DNA of 51,016 nucleotides from Jatrophihabitantaceae bacterium (GTDB lineage: Bacteria; Actinomycetota; Actinomycetes; Mycobacteriales; Jatrophihabitantaceae). The position numbers and the translations under genes were made by a program. The notes under the pieces are model-generated. The model worked only from the letters and a program-made list of their open reading frames with translations. It did not search any database and had not been told where the DNA came from. Location: positions 1 to 51,016 of the forward strand of contig DASRSS010000114.1 of assembly GCA_035656335.1 (NCBI GenBank), read 5' to 3'. Shown piece by piece: positions 38,888 to 48,196 of the stretch; within the stretch, counting starts at the first letter, position 1; each line of letters opens with the position of its first letter.

Positions 38888-40154
38888 TGTTGCGGGTCTT
38901 CGGCTGCTCGCGGGAACCGTCCGGCGCGATGTCGTAACCGCGCAGCACGGTCTTGAGCACCGCCTGCGACTCCACACCAGCCAGACCGGCACCGAGACAG
39001 CGCCGGATGCCGCCGCCGAACGGGAACCACGTGGTCGACGGCGGGTTGCCGTCCAGGAAGCGCTCGGGACGGAACTCCTGCGGCGACGGCCACAGCCGCG
39101 CGGTGTGCTGCACGAGCATGATCGACGGGAACACGGTGACGCCGGCGGGCAGGTCGTAACCGGCGACACGCACCGGCTCCGTCAGGTACCGCGCCACGTT
39201 GCGGATCACCGGGTGCAGCCGCATCGACTCCTTGACCGTCGCGTCCAGGTACGCATCGTCGCCCTCGTCGGCGGCCTGCTGGGCGCGGGCAAGCACCCGC
39301 GGGCTGCGCGCGAGCTCGTGGAACGTCCAGGCCAGCGTCGACGCGGTCGTCTCGTGCCCGGCGAGCAGCAGCGTGATCAGGTGATCACGCAGCTCCTCGT
39401 CGCTCTGCTCGGGGGCGGCGACGAGCAGCTTGGACAGCACGTCGACTCGTCCGGCCAGGTCGGGCTCGAGACGCCGCTGCGCGATCTCGGCGTACAGCAG
39501 CTCGTCCACCTGGGCCTTGAGCGCCATGAATCGGCGCCACGGGCCGATCTTCTGCAGCTGCGGATACATCCAGCCGAGAAAGACGGTCGGGCCCACCTTG
39601 ACCAGGCGGGTGAGCAGCGGACGCAGTCGCTCGAAGCGGACCTCGTCCGTCATGCCGAACACGATCCGCATGATCACTTCGAGGCTGATGTCGTTCATGC
39701 TGCCGTGGACGGCGAACGGCCGGCCGACCGGCCAGCGCCGCATCTGCTCGGCGGTGATCTGCTCGATCCGCTCGCCCCAGCCGCGCATCGTCTCGCCGTG
39801 GAAGGCGGCCATGACCCGCTTGCGGGCGGCGAGGTGCGCCTCCTCGTCCAGCAGCAGCACCGAGTTGTCGCCCATGATCTGCTTCAGGATCGCGTTGCCC
39901 TCACCGGCGTGGAACACGGTGGACGGACCGGCGAACACCTCGCGGATGTGTTCGGGGTTGGCGAGCACGACGGCGTGACCGGCCGGCGCCAGGCTCACCG
40001 AGAAGACGTCACCGAACCGCCGGTGCCACCGGGGCATCGTCTGGTACGGCGCGATGATGAACAGCAGCGACTGCAGCGCGGTGGGCAGCGCCGGCCCGGG
40101 CGGCAAGGTGGACAGGTCCGCCGGCGGCGTGCGGGTTTGCGACATCACGCTCAC
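38838..40154 (-). CDS. Cytochrome P450
   Basis: Contains the heme loop FGGGIRRCLGAGLA, the ExxR motif (ESMR) and the I-helix LLLAGHETT. The protein is 438 aa with a GTG start. Confidence 0.9.
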   Translation of the reverse strand: MSVMSQTRTPPADLSTLPPGPALPTALQSLLFIIAPYQTMPRWHRRFGDVFSVSLAPAGHAVVLANPEHIREVFAGPSTVFHAGEGNAILKQIMGDNSVLLLDEEAHLAARKRVMAAFHGETMRGWGERIEQITAEQMRRWPVGRPFAVHGSMNDISLEVIMRIVFGMTDEVRFERLRPLLTRLVKVGPTVFLGWMYPQLQKIGPWRRFMALKAQVDELLYAEIAQRRLEPDLAGRVDVLSKLLVAAPEQSDEELRDHLITLLLAGHETTASTLAWTFHELARSPRVLARAQQAADEGDDAYLDATVKESMRLHPVIRNVARYLTEPVRVAGYDLPAGVTVFPSIMLVQHTARLWPSPQEFRPERFLDGNPPSTTWFPFGGGIRRCLGAGLAGVESQAVLKTVLRGYDIAPDGSREQPKTRNITTVPSRGARVVLTPR

Positions 40155-40193
40155 GGGTCCGGCTCCTTCCGCGCGACTGGCCGTCCCCCGATT

Positions 40194-40207
40194 TATACAT
40201 CCGTATA
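40194..40207. promoter_or_regulatory. AT-rich palindrome TATACATCCGTATA in the P450/TetR divergent region (TetR operator candidate)
   Basis: 5-bp arms tatac/gtata with a 4-nt spacer, read directly. It is the only AT-rich patch in the 90-nt intergenic region. Confidence 0.5.
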
Positions 40208-40244
40208 GGACGAGCGTCTAGGGGCGCGGCGCTAAGCTGCGCGG

Positions 40245-40877
40245 GTGGGCCACCGCGAACAACTGCTCGAAGCCGCCCAGCGCCTGCTCGAGGAGCGCGG
40301 CTACGCCCACATCACCGCGCGCGATCTCGTCGCCGCGTCCGACACGAACCTAGCCAGCATCGGCTACCACTTCGGCTCCAAGGCGGCGCTGCTCAACGCG
40401 GCGATCGAGGCCTCGTTCGAGCACTGGGCCGAGCAGCTGGCCTCGATGGTGATGGCCGACCCGGAGGCGACCGCGATCCAGCGCGGCATGGCCACCTGGG
40501 TCAGCGTGCGCAATTCGCTGCCCGAACGGCGCCCGATGCTGCAGTCCTACGTCGAGGCGCTCGCGCAGGCGCAGCGCGAGCCGGCGCTGCGCGCGCAGCT
40601 GGCCGAGCACTACCGGCGGGCCCGTGCCCGGGTCGCCGAACTGGTGGCGCTGTCCCTGCGCGACGGCACCCCCGCCGACGACCCGCGCTGCGCGGCGATC
40701 GCGGCGTTCGTCATCGCGGTGTGTGACGGGCTGTCCGTCCAGTGGCTGCTCGACCCCGACGGTGCGCCGGACGGCGACCAGCTGCTGGCCGGTCTCGCGA
40801 CGGTGTGGGCGAACTCGTTCCCGGACTCGTCCGCGCCGACGACACCGAACCCGTCGCGCGCTAGCGGCCGCCGCTGA
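40245..40877 (+). CDS. TetR-family transcriptional regulator
   Basis: The N-terminal HTH is REQLLEAAQRLLEERGYAHITARDLVAASDTNLASIGYHFGSKAALL. The gene is divergent from the P450. Confidence 0.9.
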   Translation: MGHREQLLEAAQRLLEERGYAHITARDLVAASDTNLASIGYHFGSKAALLNAAIEASFEHWAEQLASMVMADPEATAIQRGMATWVSVRNSLPERRPMLQSYVEALAQAQREPALRAQLAEHYRRARARVAELVALSLRDGTPADDPRCAAIAAFVIAVCDGLSVQWLLDPDGAPDGDQLLAGLATVWANSFPDSSAPTTPNPSRASGRR

Positions 40878-41220
40878 TCTCGCGGACGGCCGGGCGCACG
40901 TCCGCCAGGTACACCCCGGCCGCGATGGACGCGACGAGCGGGACGACGCCGTTTGCCGGCGAGGCGAACACGTCGAACGGCCGCGCGGTCAGGTAGCCGA
41001 ACAGGGTGGCGAGGGCCAGGATGGCGAGCCAGGCCGGCTTGGTCAGCTTGTCCGCGGCCGGGAACGCCGCGCTCTTGCGGGTGGCGCAGTCGACGAAGGC
41101 CCACAGCCACAGCGCGAACTCGCCGATGGCCAACACCTGGTTGGTCCAGCGGAAGAGCTGATCGACGAGGTACACGCGCCGAGCGTACCGACCGCGCGGC
41201 ACACTCGGCCGCAGACGCAC
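40861..41220 (-). CDS. DUF2516-family small membrane protein (Rv0476-like)
   Basis: AADKLTKPAWLAILALA and GVYLADVRPAVREI match my recollection of Rv0476. The true start may be the GTG at 41175. Confidence 0.7.
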   Translation of the reverse strand: MRLRPSVPRGRYARRVYLVDQLFRWTNQVLAIGEFALWLWAFVDCATRKSAAFPAADKLTKPAWLAILALATLFGYLTARPFDVFASPANGVVPLVASIAAGVYLADVRPAVREISGGR

Positions 41221-41269
41221 ACTGCCCCGCCCCGGACGGATCCGGGACGGGGCAGTGACGCGGATGGAA

Positions 41270-41821
41270 TCAGGCGTTGTCGGCCTTGGTGGCCTTCGTG
41301 GTGCTCGCCTTGCGGGCGGCTGGCTTGCGCGCCGCCGTGGTGGTCTTGCTCGCGGGACGCGTCGCGGCCGGCTTGGTCGCCGACTTCGCGGCCGGCTTCG
41401 CCGCGGCCTTCGTCGCGGGCTTGGCGGCCGGCTTCGCGGCGGGCTTGCTGTCGCGCGCGGCGAGCATCCACACCGGCTGCACGAGCCGCTGCTGGACGGT
41501 CTCGACGACGACGCCGGTCAGCTGCTCGGCGGTCACGAACGCCTTGGCGACGCGCGGGTCCTTCTTGGCGGTGTTGATCAGCGCCTCGGCCCGGTCGGTG
41601 ACCGAGTGGCGGTAGCCCTTGGCCTGCGCCAGGTACGGCTCGACGGCCGTCTTGATGGCGTCGACGTTCAGCGCCTTCTCGGCCTGCGCGCGCAGGTCGG
41701 AGACGAATTCGTTGGCGGTGACGGTGACGCCGCCCAGCTGGCTCTGCGCCTGCCCGAGGACCTGGCGGCCCTGCTCGATGGCGGTGTCGGCGTAGCCGCG
41801 GAGCTCGCGGGTGATCGACAT
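41270..41821 (-). CDS. HbhA-like protein (helical N-domain + Lys/Ala/Pro-rich basic tail)
   Basis: 183 aa. The C-terminal roughly 60 aa are KPAAKPAAKPATKAAAKPAAKSATKPAA repeats. Its position between Rv0474-like and Rv0476-like genes matches hbhA synteny in mycobacteria. Confidence 0.6.
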   Translation of the reverse strand: MSITRELRGYADTAIEQGRQVLGQAQSQLGGVTVTANEFVSDLRAQAEKALNVDAIKTAVEPYLAQAKGYRHSVTDRAEALINTAKKDPRVAKAFVTAEQLTGVVVETVQQRLVQPVWMLAARDSKPAAKPAAKPATKAAAKPAAKSATKPAATRPASKTTTAARKPAARKASTTKATKADNA

Positions 41822-41846
41822 GATGAAACTCCCCTGCCTGGTTATG

Positions 41847-42278
41847 TCAGTTGGTGACTGCGGTGTCGGTTTCGAGTTGTGCGTTCTCGCGACAGAAGGA
41901 CTCGTAGATGTCCAGCAGCACCTGCTTCTGCCGCTCGCCGAGGGACTCGTCGGCGACGATCGCCGCGACCAGCTCCGGGTTGCCCGTCCGGGTCTCGAGG
42001 ATCCCGGCGCGGATGTAGAGCTGCTCTGCGGAGATCCGCAGGCCCTTCGCGATCTGCTGCAGGATGTCCGCGCTGGGCTTGCGCAGACCGCGTTCGATCT
42101 GCGACAGGTACGGGTTGGACACCCCGGCCAAGCGGGCCAGCTGTCGCAGCGACACCTGAGCCTGTTCGCGTTGCTCCCGGATGAACTCTCCGATCGCGGC
42201 GCCCCCGCGCTTGGCCTGTTCCTTCGGTCGTTCCGTGATCACCCGACCAGTGTGCGCGAGAAGTGCTAGCAATTGCAA
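41847..42278 (-). CDS. XRE-family HTH transcriptional regulator (Rv0474-like)
   Basis: The HTH is IGEFIREQREQAQVSLRQLARLAGVSNPYLSQIERGLRKPSADILQQIAKGL. The ORF has a TTG start, and the true start is uncertain. Confidence 0.8.
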   Translation of the reverse strand: MQLLALLAHTGRVITERPKEQAKRGGAAIGEFIREQREQAQVSLRQLARLAGVSNPYLSQIERGLRKPSADILQQIAKGLRISAEQLYIRAGILETRTGNPELVAAIVADESLGERQKQVLLDIYESFCRENAQLETDTAVTN

Positions 42279-42571
42279 GCGCGCAGCTAGCGACGCTGGT
42301 CACGCTCGACACGGTGTTGCACGCACCTGCGCCGCGGGCGACCCCGACGGGGCGGCACGGGGTCTTCCCGGGACAAATGTCAGGGCAGATGCGGGGGAAA
42401 ACCCGGTGCCGCCGAACGTGCCCGTCCGGAACAATTCATCCCGCACTCGCCGCCGGACGTCGCATCACGACTGGGAACTGCCTGTGCTGCACGGCCGTTG
42501 TGCAGTCGGGCGCGACGAGCCCGCACTGCTCACGAGACACGAAACCATCGACAGCACGGAGAGTAGATCTG

Positions 42572-44806
42572 ATGAGGACGATCGCCCGCTTCGCCATTGA
42601 GAAGCGCTGGTTGGTCATCGTCGGCTGGATCGCGTTCATCGCCCTGGTGCAGGGCCTGAGCAGCGGTCTCGGCGGCGCGGATTACAAGGACACGTTCAGC
42701 CTCCCCCACACCGAGACCGACAAGGTCATGCACCTGCTCGACGCATCCGGGCAGTCCGACCAGAACGGCGTGTCCGGTCAGGTCGTGCTGCACGCCAAGT
42801 CGGGCACCCTCGACTCGGCCCCCGCCGACGCCGCGAAGGCGTTCGCCGGGCTGTGCGCCGACAAGCTCGATGTCGTCAACGTGACGTCGCCGTGGGCCGG
42901 CATCAACTGCGTCAACGGCACCGCCCAGCCGGACGCCGGCCAGCCCAGCCTGTTGTCGAAGGACAAGACGATCGCGATCGTCGACGTCACCTGGAAGTCC
43001 AAGCAGTACGACCAGTCGCTGTTCGACGGTGTCTACAACCACCTGAAGCCGCTGAACAGCTCGCAGCTGCAGGTCGAGTTCACCGGTGACGCGTTCCAGG
43101 GACAGGGCCAGTCCGAGGGCGGCATCCCGCCGTTCCTGATCGGTTTCCTCGCCGCGCTCGTCGTGCTCGGCTTCGTGTTCCGGACGGTGGGCGCGACGGC
43201 TCTGCCGCTGGCCAGCGCCGTCGCCGCGCTGACGAGCGGCCTCGGCCTGATCGGCATGCTCACCCACGCGATGAGCGTCTCGAACGTGACGCCGCAGCTG
43301 ACCGAGCTGATGGTGATCGGCGTCGGTGTCGACTACGCGCTGTTCATCGTGACGCGGCACCGCCGCAACCTGCGCCGTGGCATGAGCGTCGAGGAGTCGA
43401 TCCTGTCGGCCATCGACACGTCCGGCCGTGCCGTCGTCTTCGCCGGCACCACGGTCTGCATCGCGATGCTCGGCCTGATCGCACTTGGCGTCAGCTTCTT
43501 CTACGGCATGGCGATCGGCGTCGCCGTGGCGGTGCTGATGACGATGGCCGCGTCGCTCACCCTGCTGCCTGCGCTGCTGCGCTTCCTCGGCCTGAAGGTG
43601 CTGACCCGCAAGCAGCGCCGCGAGGTCCGCGCCGGCATCTACCATGACCCGCACAACGTCGGGTTCTGGGCGCGCTGGTCCAAGCTAATCAGCCGGCGCA
43701 ACATCGCCTTCGGCGCGCTCGGCGCGGTCGTGATGATCGTGCTGGCGATCCCGTTCCTGTCGATGCGACTGGGTCACGCCGACCAGGGCAACGACCCGGC
43801 GAACACGACCACGCGCAAGGGTTACGACCTGATCGCGCAGGGCTTCGGCAAGGGCTTCAACTCGACGCTCACGCTGGTGGTCGACGGCAAGAACGCGCAC
43901 GCCGTGGCCGAGCAGGCCGGAACGGCACTCGCCAAGGTGGACAACGTCGACCCGGCCAGCATCTTCGTGCCGGCCAAGGGGCTGACGCCGGACCTGAGCC
44001 TGGTCTCGTTCAAGTCGCTGACCACGCCGCAGGACGCGAAGACGACCGACCTGGTGCACCAGCTGCGTGGCACCGTCCTGCCGAAGATCTACAACGGCAC
44101 CGGCGACCACATCTACGTGTACGGGCAGACCGCCATCCAGGTCGACTTCGCGCACGTGCTGTCGGCGAAGATGCCGCTGTTCATCGGCTCGGTGGTGCTG
44201 CTGTCGTTCATCCTGCTGCTGATCGCGTTCCGCAGCGTGGTCGTGCCGCTCACGGCCGCGGTGATGAACCTGCTCGCGGCCGGCGCCTCGTTCGGTGTCG
44301 TGGTGGCGATCTTCCAGTGGGGCTGGCTGTCCGACGCGTTGGGCATCGGCAAGGGCGGGCCGATCGAGGCCTGGGCTCCGGTGCTGTTCTTCGCGATCAT
44401 CTTCGGCCTGTCGATGGACTACCAGGTGTTCCTGGTCAGCCGGATGCACGAGGAGTGGGTGCACACCCGCGACAACCGGCGCGCCATCCGCGTGGGCCAG
44501 GCCGAGACGGGCGGCATCATCACCGCCGCCGCGCTCATCATGATCATGGTGTTCATGGGCTTCGTGCTCGACCCGAACCGGGTCGTGAAGCTACTGGGCA
44601 TCGGTCTGGCGAGCGCCGTCTTCCTGGACGCGTTCATCCTGCGGACGATTCTCGTTCCGTCGCTGATGCACACGATCGGCAAGTCGAACTGGTTCTTCCC
44701 GAAGTGGCTGGAGAAGGTCACCCCGCGGGTGTCCGTCGAGCCGGCCGACGACGGTTGGACTCCCGAGCCCGGCGACGAGCCGGACCGCGAACTCAGTCCG
44801 GTGTAA
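42572..44806 (+). CDS. MMPL-family (RND superfamily) membrane transporter, copy 1
   Basis: ATG 42572 lies within ORF 42263..44806. The sequence starts MRTIARFAIEKRWLVIVGW. The repeated block GVDYALFIVTRHRRNL and later GLSMDYQVFLVSRMHEEW are typical of MmpL proteins. The protein is 744 aa. Confidence 0.9.
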   Translation: MRTIARFAIEKRWLVIVGWIAFIALVQGLSSGLGGADYKDTFSLPHTETDKVMHLLDASGQSDQNGVSGQVVLHAKSGTLDSAPADAAKAFAGLCADKLDVVNVTSPWAGINCVNGTAQPDAGQPSLLSKDKTIAIVDVTWKSKQYDQSLFDGVYNHLKPLNSSQLQVEFTGDAFQGQGQSEGGIPPFLIGFLAALVVLGFVFRTVGATALPLASAVAALTSGLGLIGMLTHAMSVSNVTPQLTELMVIGVGVDYALFIVTRHRRNLRRGMSVEESILSAIDTSGRAVVFAGTTVCIAMLGLIALGVSFFYGMAIGVAVAVLMTMAASLTLLPALLRFLGLKVLTRKQRREVRAGIYHDPHNVGFWARWSKLISRRNIAFGALGAVVMIVLAIPFLSMRLGHADQGNDPANTTTRKGYDLIAQGFGKGFNSTLTLVVDGKNAHAVAEQAGTALAKVDNVDPASIFVPAKGLTPDLSLVSFKSLTTPQDAKTTDLVHQLRGTVLPKIYNGTGDHIYVYGQTAIQVDFAHVLSAKMPLFIGSVVLLSFILLLIAFRSVVVPLTAAVMNLLAAGASFGVVVAIFQWGWLSDALGIGKGGPIEAWAPVLFFAIIFGLSMDYQVFLVSRMHEEWVHTRDNRRAIRVGQAETGGIITAAALIMIMVFMGFVLDPNRVVKLLGIGLASAVFLDAFILRTILVPSLMHTIGKSNWFFPKWLEKVTPRVSVEPADDGWTPEPGDEPDRELSPV

Positions 44807-44847
44807 CAGACCGCCGGTCTGATCGTGCCGGGGCGACCCGGGACGAA

Positions 44848-44895
44848 GAGGGCACGGCAGGTGCGGCAGGGTTAAGCCGTACGTGCCGTGCCCTC
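44848..44895 (+). terminator. 12-bp perfect-arm hairpin between the two mmpL genes (terminator or attenuator candidate)
   Basis: The arms are gagggcacggca (44848-44859) and tgccgtgccctc (44884-44895). A smaller cagaccgccggtctg hairpin lies at 44808-44822, just after the TAA stop. Confidence 0.5.
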
Positions 44896-44914
44896 GCCTT
44901 TGCCCGGAGTCCGC

Positions 44915-47170
44915 ATGAAGACCGTCGCACGTTTCGCCACGAAGCACCGGTGGTGGGTCGTGGCGGTCTGGCTGGCCTGCATCCTCGGTTCCCAGGCGCT
45001 CGCGTCGGCGGCGGGCGGCTCCAGATACAAGGACGTCTTCACCCTGCCGGGCACCGAGACACAGCAGGTGCTCGACCTGCTGCGCGGCAACGGGGAGGCC
45101 GGCCAGACCGGCCAGGTCGGCACCGTCGTCGTGCACCCGCGGACCGGGACCCTGGACGCGGCACAGCCACCCTCCGGCCTGCTGCCGGCGTTGCGAAAGC
45201 TGTGCACCGAACACCTGCACGTCGCGCTGATCACGTCACCGTGGGCGGCGTACCAGTGCGGGCCGACGGGCGCGGTCGCGGCGACCGTCCCGCGGCACGC
45301 CGCGGTTCAGCACAACCCGCTGCTCAGCACCGACGACACCGTAGGGCTGATCTCGATTGGCTGGCAGGGCAATCAGAACGCGATCGGCAACTTCAGCGGC
45401 GTGCACGACGCCCTCGCGCCGCTCGGGACGAAGAACCTCGAGCTGGAGTTCACCGGCGGCGCGTTCGCGAACCTGGCTGCGCAGCAGCAGGGCATCCCGC
45501 CGGAAGTATTCGGCTTCGCCGCCGCGCTGATCATCCTGGCGATCGTGTTCCGCTCGCTCGGCGCGACGCTGCTGCCCCTGCTCAGCGCGGCGGCCGCGCT
45601 GGGCGTCGGACTCGGACTCGTCTCGCTGCTCAGCCACGTCATGAACGTCGCCACATTCGCGACGCAGCTGGCATCGCTGATGGTGATCGGCGTCGGCATC
45701 GACTACGCGCTGTTTATCGTCACGCGGCACCGCCGCAACCTGCTGCGCGGGATGCCGATGGACCAGTCGATCGCGGTCGCGATCAACACGTCGGGCCGGG
45801 CCGTGCTGTTCGCCGGAGCCACCGTCTGCGTGGCGATCCTGGGGCTGTGCGCGCTCGGCGTCAGCTTCCTCTACGGCGTGGCCGTCGGCACGTCCATCGC
45901 GGTCGCGCTCACCATGATCGCGTCGCTCACGCTGCTGCCGTCCGTGCTGTCGCTGCTCGGTTACCGGGTGCTGCCGCGCCGGGTCCGCAAGGCCGTCCGG
46001 GATGGGTCCTACGTGCACGACGAGCACCGCACCCGGTGGGCCTGGTGGTCCGAACTCGTGGCGCGGCGCAAGACGGTGCTCGCGGCCGTCGCGGCCGGCG
46101 TGATCGTGGTGCTCGCCATCCCGTTCTTCTCGATGCGGCTGGGCCAGGCCGACCAGGGCAGCGACCCGAAGGGCACCACGACGCGCGTCGGCTTCGACCT
46201 GATCGCGAACGCGCCCGGCTTCGGCAAGGGCTACACGTCCGTGCTGGAGCTGGTGCTGGACGGGCCCACCGCGACGAACGCGGGATACCTGCGGACCGTC
46301 GCGCAGTCGCTGGCGAAGACGCCCGACGTCGACCCGGTGACGATCGGCGCGCAGCCACTGGCCAAGGACCTCGCGCTGATGACGTTCAAGTCGGTGTCCG
46401 CGCCGCAGGACGAGCAGACGAACGCGCTGGTGAAGCGGCTGCGCAGCGACTTCGCGCCGCGACTCGAACGCGGCACGACCAACCAGATCTACGTGTTCGG
46501 GCAGACGGCCGTGCTCGTCGACTTCGCACACGTCCTGGCGCAGAAGATGCCGCTGTTCTTCGTCGCCGTGATCGGTCTGTCGTTCCTGTTGCTGCTGCTC
46601 GCGTTCCGCAGCCTGGTCGTCCCGCTCACCGCGGCGGCGATGAACCTGTTCGCGGCGGGCGCGTCGTTCGGCATCCTGGTCGCGGTGTTCCAGTGGGGCT
46701 GGTTCAGCGAGGCGCTCGGCATCGGCGCGGGCGGGCCGATCGACGCGTTCCTGCCGGTGATGTTCTTCGCGATCCTGTTCGGGTTGTCGATGGACTACCA
46801 GGTGTTCCTGGTCAGCCGGATGCACGAGGAGTGGGTGCACACGCACGACAACCGGCACTCGATCAGCGTCGGCCAGGCCGAGACCGGCGGGATCATCACC
46901 GCGGCGGCGATCATCATGATCGCGGTCTTCGGCGGCTTCCTGCTGGGCAACGCCCGCGTGATCAAGATGATCGGCCTCGGCCTCGGCGCCGCGATCTTCA
47001 TCGACGCGTTCGTGCTGCGCACCGTGCTCGTCCCGGCACTCATGCATGCGCTCGGACGGTCCAACTGGTGGTTCCCGCGCTGGCTGGACCGGATCACGCC
47101 GCGGGTGAGCGTAGAGCCGCCCGAGGTCCTCGCTGACCAGCCCGCGCCCGAGGACGAACCAATCGTCTGA
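44915..47170 (+). CDS. MMPL-family (RND superfamily) membrane transporter, copy 2
   Basis: ATG 44915 with GGAG upstream. The sequence starts MKTVARFATKHRWWVVAVW and is collinear with copy 1 (GIDYALFIVTRHRRNL, GLSMDYQVFLVSRMHEEW). The protein is 751 aa. Confidence 0.9.
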   Translation: MKTVARFATKHRWWVVAVWLACILGSQALASAAGGSRYKDVFTLPGTETQQVLDLLRGNGEAGQTGQVGTVVVHPRTGTLDAAQPPSGLLPALRKLCTEHLHVALITSPWAAYQCGPTGAVAATVPRHAAVQHNPLLSTDDTVGLISIGWQGNQNAIGNFSGVHDALAPLGTKNLELEFTGGAFANLAAQQQGIPPEVFGFAAALIILAIVFRSLGATLLPLLSAAAALGVGLGLVSLLSHVMNVATFATQLASLMVIGVGIDYALFIVTRHRRNLLRGMPMDQSIAVAINTSGRAVLFAGATVCVAILGLCALGVSFLYGVAVGTSIAVALTMIASLTLLPSVLSLLGYRVLPRRVRKAVRDGSYVHDEHRTRWAWWSELVARRKTVLAAVAAGVIVVLAIPFFSMRLGQADQGSDPKGTTTRVGFDLIANAPGFGKGYTSVLELVLDGPTATNAGYLRTVAQSLAKTPDVDPVTIGAQPLAKDLALMTFKSVSAPQDEQTNALVKRLRSDFAPRLERGTTNQIYVFGQTAVLVDFAHVLAQKMPLFFVAVIGLSFLLLLLAFRSLVVPLTAAAMNLFAAGASFGILVAVFQWGWFSEALGIGAGGPIDAFLPVMFFAILFGLSMDYQVFLVSRMHEEWVHTHDNRHSISVGQAETGGIITAAAIIMIAVFGGFLLGNARVIKMIGLGLGAAIFIDAFVLRTVLVPALMHALGRSNWWFPRWLDRITPRVSVEPPEVLADQPAPEDEPIV

Positions 47171-47181
47171 CTGCTACGGGC

Positions 47182-48189
47182 TCAGGCGTCGATGGCGACG
47201 GCGGAACCGGCGACGGTCAGCGCGGCATCGTCCGGCAACGAGCGCTTGATCACGGCCAGCGCGATCGGTCCGAGCTCGTAGTGGTGCAGCGCCGTGCCGA
47301 GGAAGCCGACCTGGCGCTCGCCGAGAAGGACCGGCGTGCCCGCGGGCGGCAGCTCCTCGCTGTCGCCGGACAGGTGCAGCAGCACGAGGCGGCGCGGCGG
47401 CTTGCCGAGGTTGTGCACGCGCGCGACGGTCTCCTGGCCGCGGTAGCAGCCCTTGTTCAAGTGAACGGCCGAACCGATCCAGCCGACCTCGTGCGGGATA
47501 GTCCGGTGGTCGGTCTCGTAGCCGAGCCGCGGACGGCGGGCCTCCACGCGCAGCGCCTCGAATGCCCACAACCCGGCCGGCTCGGCACCGGCGTCGAGCA
47601 GCCGCTTGCGGATCCGATCGGCGTCCGCTCGCGGGACGAGCAGGTCGACGGCGGACGCGCCCGGCCACGCCATGCCGCGCACGAATCCCGAACCCTCGCC
47701 GTCCAGCCGCGCCGCGCGCCCGGCTTCGGGCGTGGGCAGCCCGGCAGCCGAGAGCACGTCGGCCACGCGCGGCCCGACGAGCGACAGCACGGCCCAGTCG
47801 GACGTGACGTCCGCCGGCTCGACTCGCTTCAGGAACCGCATCTTCTGCAGGTACTCCAGCGACGGCGCGCCGCCGCCGGGCTCGGTGTCGAGCCAGACCT
47901 GGCCGTCCAGCTCGGTGACCTGCCAGTGCTGCTCGACGTGGCCGTGCGGCGAGAGCACAAGCGCCTCGGTGCTGTCCCCGTCGGCGAGATCGCTCACGTG
48001 TTGCGAGCAGATCGAGTGCAGCCAGGGCAGCCGGTCCTCACCCGGCACGACGAGCACGTCCCGGTTGCTGCGATCGACCAGTCCGGCGCCGGTGGTGAGC
48101 ACCCGCTGCTCGCGCAACGGGTCGCCGTAGTGCCAGGCCACGGCGGCGTCGGCACCTGGGCCGGGGACGGCCGGGATCGTCTCGGTCAT
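47182..48189 (-). CDS. ygfZ: Folate-binding protein YgfZ (GcvT-like fold, Fe-S cluster maintenance)
   Basis: Contains the signature KGCYRGQE (LNKGCYRGQETVARV) and a GcvT-like N-domain. The protein is 335 aa. Confidence 0.8.
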   Translation of the reverse strand: MTETIPAVPGPGADAAVAWHYGDPLREQRVLTTGAGLVDRSNRDVLVVPGEDRLPWLHSICSQHVSDLADGDSTEALVLSPHGHVEQHWQVTELDGQVWLDTEPGGGAPSLEYLQKMRFLKRVEPADVTSDWAVLSLVGPRVADVLSAAGLPTPEAGRAARLDGEGSGFVRGMAWPGASAVDLLVPRADADRIRKRLLDAGAEPAGLWAFEALRVEARRPRLGYETDHRTIPHEVGWIGSAVHLNKGCYRGQETVARVHNLGKPPRRLVLLHLSGDSEELPPAGTPVLLGERQVGFLGTALHHYELGPIALAVIKRSLPDDAALTVAGSAVAIDA

Positions 48190-48196
48190 ACCAGTT

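Noticed and set aside
42279-42571. Riboswitch in the long mmpL leader.
   Set aside because: I could not recognise a conserved core of the TPP, cobalamin, SAM, ZTP, c-di-AMP (ydaO), glycine or guanidine classes by eye. Only short generic hairpins are present, and an Infernal scan would be needed to decide.
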